A stretch of 64,000 nucleotides of DNA from the human T2T-CHM13v2.0 reference genome, Homo sapiens (GCF_009914755.1 NC_060929.1), one strand, 5' to 3'. Numbered from the stretch's first letter, positions 1 through 11,638 are shown. Numbers and translations are program-made. The notes: generated by a model from the letters alone, not told the origin.

Positions 1-89
1 TTCTCCACAACCTCACCAGCAGAGAGATCTATATACTTAAGCTGAGCTCAGAGGGCTGAGACTGAGAGCAATTTACAGAGTTTTTCCAG

Positions 90-248
90 GAGCTGGAGAC
101 ATAGACACGAAATAACAGACAAGAACTAAGTAAAACATATAGTGTGTTAGGCAATGACAGATGCCTTGGAGAAAAATAAAGCAAGGAGGATGGATAGAAG
201 TGACGGGGTTTTCATTTTAAATAGGGAGGTAGAAAAGGTCTGTGACAT
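90..248 (-). mobile_element. L2 LINE 3' fragment
   Basis: AAGTAAAACATATAGTGTGTTAGG..GGAGAAAAATAAAGCAAGG resembles the antisense L2a 3' region. Confidence 0.6.
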
Positions 249-979
249 ATTCATGTTCAGAAAAAGAGCATCTTCACGAGAGCTGCTTTAGAGCTGCATT
301 AGAACGCTGCTCCATAGTCAAGGAGAAACTCTTTATGAACTATCAGCCATTCAGCTGACGAACCCTTTAAGGGACTGGCCATTCTGTGAACGGGCTTGCA
401 GTGGAGAGTAAGGGAGGAGAAGCAGGTGAACACCAGAGAGAGGTTAGTTCAGCCTTGCACCTGCTGACTGGGTGGCGTCCCCAGAAGTGGGATGAGACCA
501 GGGGAGCTTTCCCAGGTGTCTTTGCTGGGTGAAGGGAGATAGAAGCTCATGCCCGTTGTTCTGACCCAGTTATCCAAGGGTCCCTGTCTCACTCTCGAGT
601 GTCTGAGTTGGGATGTCAGATTGGTGGTCACTCTCGAGATGCCACCTGGAGCATTAGGGCCTGTGAGCAGGGGCTTAGAAAGGGGAAATAACTCTCTGGA
701 AGGAAATGGACAGGCCTGCAGAACAAACTCTTTTCCAAATGAAGACCAGCCCTTGGCGACTGGCCCGGTACCCAGGGACAGCAAAGGAAGACAGCCTGTG
801 AACAGCCCAGTGTCTGGCCTGGAAAACACGTATTTCCACGCCATTTTAAACGGGCAGTTGCTGAATTCATCACTCTGTGTTTCAACAATAGGGACTTAGT
901 TAATGAAGCGGTTATGGGCAATCCCTGATGGAATCATATTTGTCTTTGCAATGCAGGAAACATGCGATAATGTGTTGAA

Positions 980-1300
980 GTGGGGCGGCGGCTCCTCCTC
1001 GCAGAAACCCTCCCCAGTCCCCTACCCCAGAAAGGTTTCCCTTCCCTCCCCTTCCCGCAGGCCCGGGGCTGGTTTGGGGCTCCAGTCTGAGCGCCTCCTC
1101 CGCGACGCGCCACATGGCTGGCACCGGCGCGCCCCCGCGCGGCCGCCTGCGAGAAGCTCACTCTCCGCGGAGGCGAAATCTGGTTTTGATTCAATTAGAT
1201 TAAGTTCAGGGGCAGGGAGGGAGGCTTAGTCCCGGGCCCTGCAGGGACTATAAAAGAGAAGTTTGAGGCTCGTGGGGTGGGGGACGGGGGCACGTGGAGG
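980..1300. promoter_or_regulatory. Small CpG-rich element (candidate orphan promoter/enhancer) with TATAAAAG at 1249-1256
   Basis: Dense unmutated CpGs at 1090-1175 (CGCGACGCGCC, GGCGCGCCCCCGCGCGGCCGCC, CCGCGG) in otherwise CpG-depleted DNA; not a recognisable repeat; canonical TATA downstream. Confidence 0.55.
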
Positions 1301-1317
1301 CAGATAAATACAAACAT

Positions 1318-1542
1318 GGGGTTAAGAGTTAACGATTGGAGCCAGACTGTCTAAGTTACTCCCGTGGCCACTGCTAGGGACTTGGATGACTTTGGGCAAG
1401 TCATTAAACTGAACAACGGTAGTGTGGACCTCCCCGGGATGCTGACAGCCTCAGAGAGATAGTATTCAAAGTTGTCCCAACACAGGTTTGGGAGCATAGA
1501 ACATGCTCAGAAAGTGTTCCTTATTAATTTTTATTATTATTA
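1318..1542 (+). mobile_element. MIR SINE
   Basis: GGTTAAGAG..TGGAGCCAGACTG..TGACTTTGGGCAAGTCATTAAAC core and (TTA)n-like tail. Confidence 0.75.
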
Positions 1543-2008
1543 CAATCACCAGTGGTCTTTGTATGACATTTAAAAGATTCCAGAACGCACTCTCCCTTCT
1601 GTTACTCCATCCCTAACTACTAATGTTAAACTTAATGTCTTTGTAAAAGTAGGAGGGAGAGAAGAAAAAGCATATTAACACATATGTCTGCAAATAAATT
1701 ATCTTCAGCTGCTACCGCACTTGTTTCCCCTTTTACCTAACCCAGACCCAGGAGGAATTGAGGGCACATTATGCCATGTAATTCACATTTAAGTTCATCA
1801 TATATAAAACAAATCAATATTAACTACGCTAATTTCCCTCTGTATTTTCCCGGTGGTGTGGATCGTAAAATAGGCTGGCTTCACGTCCATACCAGCGACT
1901 TCATTAAAGCATCTGGGGAAAATACAACTTGTTATTATAAAGCGGGGCACGGAAGTGTAAATAAGTAAACGGTAATTTGATTTGAGCATAAAGCTCATCC
2001 ATATAGAG

Positions 2009-2255
2009 CAGGGTTTCTCCACCTTGGCATTATCGACATTTTGGACTAGATATTTCTCTGCTGTGGTGGGGGTTGTTCTGCTGGCCTCTACCCACCTGAT
2101 ACCAGTAGCGATGCCGCCCCCACCTCTCCCCCACACCCCACCCCCCCCCGTCCCCCCTGCCCCCCGCTGACCCCGCAGTTGTGATCATCCAAAATGTCTC
2201 CAGACATCGACAAATATCTCCTGGGGGGCAGCATTGCCCCGAGGGAGAACCTCTA
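2009..2255 (-). mobile_element. MER20 hAT DNA transposon with expanded internal C-tract
   Basis: CAGGGTTTCTC..CTGGCCTCTACCCAC..AAAATGTCTCCAGACAT..CTGGGGGGCA..GAGAACC matches recalled MER20; terminal inverted ends. Confidence 0.85.
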
Positions 2256-2679
2256 ATATAACGTGTGGTTTTTTGTGTGAGGCCATCTAGTTACAGCCAA
2301 CAAAACGAAGCGTCCAGCTTGCATAATTCTAAGACAGCCGTTCTGGAATGGTATGTAGGCCCTTCCTGCCACAAAAACAGGCCCGGCTATGATGCGGGAA
2401 AGGTCCCTAGGACCCCTACTGAGTTGGAATTTGAAGCAAAGGAAGTGGGAATTGAAAACTGTTCCCCGGGACCCACAGTTCTGCTGCCTGTAGAAATCCC
2501 CTGACAGTCCTTGGAATCTTATTAGAACATGGTTAGTTTAGTAAAAGATGCCTATGTTATTCACTGTAAAGGGGTCATTATAATATTAAATGAAAATTTT
2601 GTTTAAGTACCACAAAATCTCATCATCCTTGCAAACAGTAGCTTTCATTTTAGGCAGATTTCTTGTGGGTCTTATATAT

Positions 2680-2862
2680 CAGGGGTTGGCAAACTACAGC
2701 TCATGGCCGCCTGTCTTTATAAATAAAGCTTTATTGGCACACAACCACATCCACTCATTTACATTATCACTGTGGCTGCTTTCACTCCGCTGTTGCAGAT
2801 TTGTGACAGAGACTAGAATATTTACTGTCTAGCCCTTTACTGAAAAAGTTTGCCCACTGCTA
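2680..2862 (+). mobile_element. MER58A hAT-Charlie element
   Basis: CAGGGGTTGGCAAACTACAGC..ATAAATAAAG..AAAAAGTTTGCC; 8-bp TSD TTATATAT (2672-2679) / TTATATAC (2863-2870). Confidence 0.85.
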
Positions 2863-3624
2863 TTATATACAAACATTGTCCACAAAACTTCAATTGTCTT
2901 ATGCTCTTTTGATATGGCACACAATTAATTTTATATCATTTGGGCAATAGTTTACAGGCTTTCCTGATGACAAAATCCCTTCACAGCCATACCCTCACCT
3001 GATTATAGAAATGGCTGCAGAAGGGAAGTAGTAGTATTTTTCTCAAGGATCAGAAGAGATCACTAAGGCAAAGAAGGGTGGCATGACTGGCCCAAAGTCA
3101 CGATCAGTAAAAATCAGAGCTGAGACTCATGATCTTATCCCTTGTTCCATCATCACACTTCATGGATTTCTACCTGTCCTGAGCTGTGAGTTTGTCATAT
3201 GTATGCTGTGATATGCAGATTCTCTTACAGCTGTTTTTTGGTTCTAAACATTCAGCAACTTAGTAACCAGTGCAGATAAAAAACACACTTTTGGTTTGAT
3301 TGTTTCTTTGTATTCCTAGGATGGTGGCCTCATTTAGAAATTTCCCCAAACCAAGGTGACAGCTTATTCTCTCCTAGTAAATCAAGACAGATATATAATT
3401 TGCCCATTGTTTCGTAAATATGAACACCAAGTAAGTCATGCCAACCCAGAAGGAATAAACCACACTAACAGCATCTGAAGGTTAGATGGGATATATAGGA
3501 CTTCCACAGCAGATTTATTGGTGAAGTTATTTGGTTTTGCCCTGGGGCAAAATTAACTCAAGATGGGATATTAGATATTTAGGCCGGCATTAAAGTGTTG
3601 TATGGGGAAAAAAGAAAAAAAACT

Positions 3625-3790
3625 TGATTCTGTGGTTAAATGTGGGAAACACTGTTTTAATAAAAAATAAAAAGGTTTCAGCTGCAGAACTTTTCAGAGC
3701 CTTTAATACATTAATATGCTTGTAACTTTCCAAGGGGGCCAAGGTGTGCAGCACTTTGCAACTTCTCTTGATGGTGGGCCCCCTTCTTTC
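3625..3790. mobile_element. Old hAT-Charlie-type DNA element fragment (subfamily uncertain)
   Basis: CTGCAGAACTTTTCAGAGCCTTTAATACATTAATATGC..CCAAGGGGG resembles a recalled MER DNA-element consensus. Confidence 0.45.
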
Positions 3791-4414
3791 CAGAAATATC
3801 CATTAGGGTCATTCCATGGATATGTTTTAGGGTCCGCGCAATGCTCCCCGCACACTGCAGCCCTATCTACACGGGGCATCCCATGTACCCCTTATGGTAA
3901 CTGTAAAGAAGGGGTCCTTATTATCCCCACTTCATAGATGGAGAGTCAGGCTCAGACTCCCCAGCAACCTGGGGTGGTTGCAGGATTCAGCTGCAGGGCA
4001 TCTGCCCCAAGCCTGCATTCCCAGCTACTGTGTCACCCCATTGCTTGGGTATATCTCCCTTGTTAATCAAATTAATTAGCCCATTCGGCTTCATAAAGGA
4101 ATCTGGAGGTAAAATGGTTTAATTTTCTCATTGAATTTCTCAGCATCTTGACGAAGAGACTGACCTCCTCTGTGGGCTTTGGTGTTCTAACACAGCTTGA
4201 ATTGACTAGCATATAGCAGTTGTCTTTCTGGCCACGGCAATGCTCGATAATGACGTCAGCTCAGGCTGGTGGCCCTGGCTCTTAGTTCTAAACCTTGAGT
4301 TGACCCTGCATGGACTGTCAGGAACGGAGGTGCCACTGAAGCCTCTCTTATCCTATGCCACACCCAATCTTTCAGTGGACTGGATCTGGCCCCCAGGGGA
4401 ACGCCTCATATATT

Positions 4415-5225
4415 TATTAATTAGGACTCTTGGTTGCAAGTGTTAGAAACTCAACTCAAACTCGGATGAAGCTGGAAATCATCATTCTCAGCAAACTAAC
4501 AAAGGAACAGAAAACCAAACACCACATGCTCTCACTCATAAGTGGGAGTTGAACAATGAGAACACGTGAACACAGGGAGGGGGACATCACACACCCGGGA
4601 CTGTCGGGGGGCAAGGGGAGGGAGAGCATTAGGACAAATACCTAATGCACACGGGGCTTAAAACCTAGATGACAGGTTGAAAGGTGCAGCAAACCATCAT
4701 GGCACATGTATACCTATGTAAGAAACCTGCACATTCTGCACATGTATCCCAGAACTTAAAACGAAAGGAAAAAAAAAAAAAAGGAAAAAAAAGAAACTCA
4801 CTCAAACTCTTAAGTAAAAAGAGAACTTTACTGGTACATAAATCCAAGGAAGGGGGTGAAGAACTGGGCCTCAGGAAGGATAGCCGCTCAGCTGGGCTCA
4901 AGAACAACCAGAACCAGGACACGGCATGTTCTGAAACACTGTTTCTTGGCTTTTCTCTATAAGCAATTTTATATTCTCTTACTGTAGGCTGCCTCTTCTG
5001 AGGTAGGAAACATGGTGACATGGTCTGAGATTTGTAATGCCACCTTTTCAGCCACCAGAGAGTAACTGACTTGCGTGTTGTTTGATCCCAAGACCAAGCC
5101 TCAGGGAAGGGACCCATTGGCACAGCTGGGTCGGGTGACCAACATGGGATCCACCAGCTATGACCAGAGTGGGGGAAAGTAGCCATGGGAGAAAGGAAGT
5201 TTCTAGAACGGCAGACAGTCCCACC
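4415..5225 (-). mobile_element. Old ERVL/MaLR-class LTR (LTR33/MLT1-like) interrupted by an L1
   Basis: TTAGGACTCTTGGTTGCAAGTG..AGAAACTCAACTCAAACT|TTAAGTAAAAAGAGAACTTTACTGG rejoins across the L1 insertion. Confidence 0.55.
4464..4791 (+). mobile_element. 5'-truncated primate L1PA (ORF2 end, 3' UTR, poly-A)
   Basis: GGATGAAGCTGGAAATCATCATTCTCAGCAAACT..CATGTATCCCAGAACTTAAA plus A tail; TSD AGAAACTCAACTCAAACTC (4445-4463) / AGAAACTCACTCAAACTC (4792-4809). Confidence 0.95.
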
Positions 5226-5399
5226 TATTCATGGAAGCAAATGACAGCCAGGTGGGTCAGTCAATTAAATTCTAACCCTGGTGTTTACTTTACCTATGAA
5301 AGTTCACCATTTAGGTTAAAAAATTCCTGTTTTGCTGAAGTTAAAAGTTGCCTTTCTCATTAAATGGAACAGTAAAGGGAAGTGGTTAAGTGGGGTGTT

Positions 5400-5515
5400 T
5401 AAGTGTATAATAGTATCACCTCCGAGAACTCTTGTGAGGATTAAATGCCATAATACAGGAAAAGTGCCCAGGACACAGTAAGCACTCAATCCATGCTAAC
5501 TGTTGTTATTATAAA
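5400..5515 (+). mobile_element. MIR 3' fragment
   Basis: TTGTGAGGATTAAATG..CACAGTAAGCACTCAAT..TGTTGTTATTAT. Confidence 0.75.
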
Positions 5516-6841
5516 CAAAGAGAATCCTTCAGAAGGCATTCATGACAAGCCTTTCACATGTGTATCCTTTCTCCTTAGTTTCCTGGGGGTGGAAGTCTGC
5601 AGCGTGGCCAGCCTCAGTGATAGCTGGCAAGAGTTGGGTGTCTGGTCGGGGTACAGTCTTGTTACTGCGTGTGCTTCTCTGGGGAACGGACAACAAAAGT
5701 GAAGCCTCAGCGGTGTTCACGGCAGGATCGGATTCTCTGCCCATCCTCTAAAACCTCCACCCCATGCTGACATTAAAGTGAATTTGTTTCCTGAGACAAC
5801 CTAATTTCCTCTGAAAAGATCTAATCTTCCAGGAAGTGGTTCATTTCATCCAAACCCAAAATGATTTCAGCTGTCTGACGGAATAGGTGTTCCTTGTTCT
5901 TCGCCCCGACGTCTACATCTCTGTCACTTCCTGGAAATGCAGACAGACAACTGCACAGAGCATTGCGATCCTGTCCCAGGATTTTCCAGACCATAAAGGA
6001 AATGTGGATATTAGACCGGCTGTGCCCTTGAGCAACACCCAGTACCTAAAATCATTGGGTTTCCAAGAGGGACTATGTTGAGGAGGCATATGGTTTTTAT
6101 AACTGACAAGACATTCTGATTCATTAGAACCACTGAAATTGTGTGCGAGGGAAAGCTACACAAAAGAAGACCCCTTAGCTTATAGCTGTGACCAGGCTAG
6201 TGGGCTGGGGGCCTTCAATCACCTCACCTCTCGGGCTAGTTCTCTCATCTCTAAAATGGAGATGAAATGGGTTTTGAGGTGTAAATGAGACAAAGACTGG
6301 GAAATGGCACCCATCGCACATTGCCTGACACACAGGGAACACTCCCCCTCCTCTGGGAGCACAGGAGAAGCAGAGAGGGGATCACCCACCCTCTGCCAAC
6401 GGATATCAGTCGGCAGTCAAATTGTTCTTTAAGCACCACTTTCCTTTAATCAGGCTATTCTTCACCGGGGCTGTTTTAATTAAGGATCTGCTGTCAACAC
6501 AAAACATATGTTCTGAAGTCTTGCTTTGGTTACTAATGATGCCCGGGATGATTAAGTCTGGAAGGAATTTCCAGCTCCGGCTTGCTTGGCCTCTTCTCCC
6601 TCCCCCCAGTCCCTCAAGCCCCCATTTCGTTCACATCTCAGCTTTCACCCACTTACACTCAGTCCTTGGCACTGTTACCCTTTTGGAAACTGACCTAGAA
6701 AAGCAATCTGTTCCAATCGATGTGCATGGTGTAATATCCCAAAACACGCTTCTGACCATCTTTTATTCCTGCTGATAATCATTCCATTGAGATCCAGGCT
6801 AATAATTTGTTATTTTTTCAAACTACATTATTCAAAAAAAG

Positions 6842-7680
6842 TTACATACACACACACACCACATATACCATATATGTGTATATACACAAACACTGACATA
6901 TACTCATATGTGTATACACACACCACATATACTTTATGTATGTATACACACACACTACATATACTATAAACGTTACACACACTACCCACACTGTATATGT
7001 ATACACATACCACATATGCTATATGTGTAGATATACACACACCACATATACTATGTATACACACATGCCACATATACTATATATGCATACATGCACACCA
7101 CATATACTATCTGTGTATACACACATCATATATACTCTGTATGTATACACACATATACATGTATACACACACCACATATGTAAGTATACATGCACACCAC
7201 ATGTACTATATATGTATACACATACTATATATGCACACATGCATACCACATATACTATATATGTGTATACACACATCATATATACTATATACGTATACAT
7301 ACACCACATATATACATGTATACACACAACATATGTATGTATACACACCCACCACATATGTATGTATACACACACACCACATATACTATATATGTATACA
7401 CATACTATATATGCATACATGCACACCACAAATATTATGTATGCATATACACATACCACATATATATATGCATACACATACTATATATGCATACATGCAC
7501 ACCACATATACTACATATGTGTATACACACACACCACATATACTATATATGTATACACACACACCACATAAACTATATATGTATACATACACCACACATA
7601 CTATACATGTCTGTACACACACATCACATATATATTTGTATACACACACACTACATATGCTATATATATGTATACACATG
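6842..7680. repeat. Complex (CA)/(TA)-based minisatellite, unit about 30 bp (CACACACCACATATACTATATATGTATACA)
   Basis: Directly visible tandem units; generates the H/T/Y/I/C/V-rich ORFs on both strands. Confidence 0.95.
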
Positions 7681-7747
7681 GTGAACTGGAGAAGGGGCAG
7701 AGTGGTTGCCTATTGGCTGAGCTCAGGTGCTTCTCAATTGTCCTGGG

Positions 7748-8240
7748 TTTGGCAGGCAGCCTCCTACACTGGTCCCCACCTATGGGTATTTATACTCTGT
7801 GATCCCCTTCCCTTGAGCATGGGCAGGACCCAGTGACTTGTTTCCAACCAATAGAATGCAGCAAAAATGGTGATGTCATTTCCAAGATTAGGTTATAAAA
7901 GACCCTGCCTTCTGTCTCACTAGGACTGTCTCCTGGCCTCTTGATTGTGTGCTCTGATAAAGCCAGGTGCCTTGTGGAGGGGCCTGCCTGGCCAAGCACT
8001 AAGAGGGGCTGCAGCCTAATAGCCACTTAAAAGCCTGAAAATAAGTCCACCCCAGTTAAGCCTTGAGACAACCCCAGCCCTAACTGACACCTTGATTGCA
8101 GCTAAGTAAGACACCCTGAGTTGGCAGACTGAGGAGCTGTGCCCAGATTCCTGATCCACAGAAACTGGGAGACAGTAAATGTGTGCTATGTTAGGCTGCT
8201 AAGTCTGAGGTCATTTGCTGTGCAGCAACACATAACCCTA
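7748..8240 (+). mobile_element. MLT1F-like MaLR solo LTR
   Basis: GGCAGGCAGCCTCC..CCCTTGAGCATGGGCAGGACC..AACCAATAGAAT..CCCAGATTCCTGATCCACAGAAACTG..GCAGCAA. Confidence 0.8.
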
Positions 8241-9109
8241 AGCAATTCAGTCCGGTCCCAAATTTACAAACTCCTGAGATTATGTGCCTGGTTAAGTGGA
8301 ATAAGTCAGACTCTTGTGAAGAGGAAGATAGTGCCTAGCTCAGAGCGCTGGTGTATGAGATGAAATAGCATTTGCCCAGTGACAGCCCAGGCTTGGCTTA
8401 TAGCAGGTTTCACATAAGCATTAGCTATTATCACTGATTCCTCAAGGCCTCTTTGTCTATTTCCCTCTCTGGAGACCTTTCTCAGTCCCTTTGCCTCTCT
8501 CACTAGGGAGCGCTCATCACTCACTGTACCAGGAACTCACACTAACCTATTGGAACCTTGCCACTCTATGCTATAGTCTTCTTATTTTATGTGAACCCCC
8601 TTCTCTCCACTATACTGTGAAATTCATCATTGTGTCTATAGCACCTATAGACCTATAGTTAAATAGGTCTATAGCAGCTATAGCACCTATAGTCAAATTT
8701 TAAAAATCACCTTTTCTACCTTTCTATTCTAGGCAAATATGGTACCATGTTGAGACGCCTGGGGGTGCAAATGAAAGAGCTTTTCTGAAGACTTTGTTGC
8801 CTTCAAAGGCAGGGAGAACCATCTCAACCATCACGGATGATTTAAGCGCAAATAAAACTCACTATTGAGGGAAATAGCAGGAGTTCAGAAAAGTCATGTA
8901 GAAGAAATGGGGCTTTGATTGTGAAATTCTTTGGTCCTCAAAGGCCAAGAACATTAAATTTCCTCTTCATTTTGCTCACGAAGAGATGGGAGTAAGAGTC
9001 AGGAGCTCTTGGAGATAGTCTAGTGCTGGTAGGTAACCGTATGTCCATTTCACAGATGAGGAAATGGAGGCAATTAAAGAAAAAAACAGGTCAGCCACAT
9101 AGCTAAGTA

Positions 9110-9545
9110 TAGGTCCAAAAGTGACTTTATTTTAAATGCTCATTTGCCTGACTAACCCTGAGTCTGGGAATGCCTCCAAAATGTCTAGTTGATGTATTAT
9201 TTTTTATGTGGGACACCTATTCATTGTAGGTTTCCTCCAAAACAACCCTTGGTGCTGCTGCAGAACTCATAGGCTGTGATGCCTGCAGCATTCTCTCAGC
9301 CACCTACACATTCCTTCCAGAGCACGTATACTTTTGCCCCAAGATATAAGCCTTGGGTGGGGGGGTGGCGGTGCAGAGAGCTACCTGTCCTTCAGCTGCC
9401 CAAGACCATACTTCTGCTTGTAAGTTTCCCTTACTAAATCACCCCAGGCCAACAAACTGGATTTGTCCACCTCATTCTTTGGTTTCTCGGCACCTTTGGA
9501 ATTTGGGGGTCATTTTGGATACAAGGCGCTTTTACGGAAAGGCCA
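9110..9545 (+). mobile_element. ERV solo LTR (LTR47-like) inserted into an antisense MIR
   Basis: CCAAAAGTGACT..GGGAATGCCTC..GATATAAGCC..CTAAATCACC LTR-like layout; MIR sequence on both flanks (about 9030-9110 and 9550-9595). Confidence 0.5.
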
Positions 9546-9870
9546 GTTAGTATGGGAAAGAGAGGGTAGATCTGGGACTCAACCTTAAGCCTGCTTGTTG
9601 CAGGAGGTCACGCTCCTAGAGTCACCATATCCTTAAAGGTACCCTGCAGTTCTGGGTGGATAAATCTGCAAACTAGAGGGCCACTTATTTAAGATAAATA
9701 CCAGGTTTCCCTTCTCCTCCCCTGGGCCAAGGAGGAGGAAGAGCAGCATGTATGTCTCCTTAAGGCTTCTTCCTTGTTCCTCCCATCTAAAATTTTATTT
9801 GTTTATTTTATGGCTTTTTTTTAAATTGTAAAAGTCATGAATGCTCACAGAAACAACCCAGGCATGTTTT

Positions 9871-10137
9871 AAATTTTTATTTTATTTATTTTTTTAATGA
9901 AGCAGGGTCTCACTCTGTCACCCAGGCAGGAGTGCAGTGGTGCAAACACAGCATATTGTAGCTTCGATCTCCAAGGCTTAAGGGATCCTCCTACCTCATT
10001 TTTAATTTTTTTTTTTTGTAGAGACAAGGTCTTGCTATGTTGTCCAGGCTTGTCTCAAACTCTTGGGCTCAAGCAATCTTCCCACCTTGGCCTCCCAAAG
10101 TGCTGAGTTTACAGGCATGAGCCACCACATCCAGCCA
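9871..10137 (-). mobile_element. AluJ with internal deletion in the right arm
   Basis: T-rich tail, CAGGGTCTCACTCTGTCACCCAGGC, GGGCTCAAGCAATC; segment between CCTACCTCA and the linker is missing. Confidence 0.9.
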
Positions 10138-10805
10138 ACACATGCATTTTTTAGAAAACAAAACCACAAGAGTTTTACGTGTGCACAGAAAAAAAAGTCT
10201 GTTTTGTTGACCGATGTGTCCACAATGCTTAGTTTGGAAGGAATTAGGTAATTAATAAATATTTATTTAAGACACAAACAAGTTATTGCCAAGGGGCTAG
10301 ATTATGGGAGGCATTAATTTTTATTTTATACACTTCCGTGTTGTGATTGGTAATTTTATGTGTCAATTTGAGTGGGCTAAGGATGTCCATCCAGCTGGTA
10401 AAACATTACTCTTGGGTGTGTCTGTGAAGGTGTTTCTGGAAGAAATTAGCACCTGAATCAGTAGACCAAGTAAAGAAGATCTGCCCTCACCAGTGTGGGG
10501 GGGCATTGCCCATTTCACTGAGGGCCCAAATAGAACAAAAAGGCAGAGGCAGGGCAAATTCAGTCTCTCTCCTTGAGCTGGGACATCCATCTTCTTCTGC
10601 CCTTGGACACTGGAGATGCTGGTTCTCAAGGCTTTGGACTCCAGGACTTACACCAGCCCTCCTACTCCCTTTCTGTGTTCTCAGGCTTTTGGCATTGGAC
10701 TGGGAGTTACACCATTGGGTTTTCTGGTGCCCAGGACTTCGGAAATAGACTAAATTAACCACAAGTTTTCATGGTTCTCCAGCTTACAAATGGCATTTTG
10801 TGGGA

Positions 10806-11485
10806 TGATATGGTTTGGCTCTATGTCCCCACCCAAATCTCACCTTGAATTGTAGTTCCCATAATCCCTGCATATCATGGGAGTGTCCTGGTAGGAGATA
10901 ATTTAATCATGGGAGTGGTTCCCTCATGCCGTTCTTGTAATAGTGAGTGAGTTCTCATGAAATCTGATTTTTCTTTTTTTTTTTTTTTTGAGAAAACAGT
11001 CTCGCTCTGTCACCAGGCTGGAGTGCAGTGGCGCAATCTTGGCTCACTGCAACCTCTGCCTCCTGGTTCAAGCGATTTTTCTGCCTCAGCCTCCCAAGTA
11101 GCTGAGACTACAGGCATGTGCCAGCATGCCCCGCTAATTTTTGTATTTTTAGTAGAGACAGGGTTTCACCGTGTTGGCCAGGATGGTCTCCATCTCTTGA
11201 CCTCATGATCTGCCTGCTTTGGCCTCCCAAAGTGCTGGGATTACAGGCATGAGCCACTGTGCCTGGCCGATCTGATGGTTTTATAAGGGGCTTTTCCCCC
11301 TTTGGCTCAGCACTTCTGTCTCCCGCAGTCATGAGAAGGACATGTTTGCTTCCCCTTCCACCATGACTGTAAGTTTCCTGAGGCCATCCAGCCATATGGC
11401 ACTGTAAGTCAATTAAACCTCTTTCCTTTATAAATTACCCAGTCTTGGGCAGTTTTTTATAGCAGCGTGAGAACGGACTAATATA
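10806..11485 (+). mobile_element. THE1-family MaLR solo LTR containing an Alu
   Basis: TGATATGGTTTGGCT..CCCACCCAAATCTC..AATTAAACCTCTTT..GGACTAATATA; 5-bp TSD TGGGA (10801-10805 / 11486-11490). Confidence 0.92.
10968..11268 (-). mobile_element. AluS (Sc-like)
   Basis: Full dimer with GGATGGTCTCCATCTCTTGACC; ATCTGAT duplicated on both sides. Confidence 0.92.
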
Positions 11486-11638
11486 TGGGACTTCTTGGCC
11501 TCTGTAATCACGAGCTAATTCCCATAATAAATCACCTAATATCTATCATCTATTTGTCGATCCATCCATCCTATTGATTTTGCTACTCTAGAAAGCCTTG
11601 GTTAAAATATGTACTATTCGAATTTTTAAATAATCATC

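Larger units (their letters stand above)
10342..11610 (+). mobile_element. MLT2 (ERV-L) solo LTR, split by THE1 and Alu insertions
   Basis: TGTGATTGGTAATTTTATGTGTCAA start; AATAGAACAAAAAGGCAGAGG; resumes with TGGGACTTCTTGGCCTC at 11486. Confidence 0.85.

Noticed and set aside
589-638. 11-bp direct repeat TCACTCTCGAG twice, 39 bp apart (CRISPR-like spacing)
   Set aside because: Only two short copies, eukaryotic context, no cas genes; compatible with chance or a small duplication
449-1229. Overlapping 100-130 aa ORFs near the CpG element
   Set aside because: No recognisable domain, they overlap on both strands, and their length is expected in GC-rich DNA
1982-2170. ORF with hydrophobic stretch and poly-proline tail
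   Set aside because: Lies within MER20; the prolines come from the C-tract
5560-5750. Polypyrimidine tract plus AG at 5577-5578 followed by CpG-containing sequence (possible exon)
   Set aside because: No convincing donor site or coding frame; cannot be supported without transcript data
6828-7836. Longest ORFs in the track (up to 279 aa, H/T/Y/I/C-rich)
   Set aside because: Translations of the CA/TA minisatellite, open in several frames on both strands
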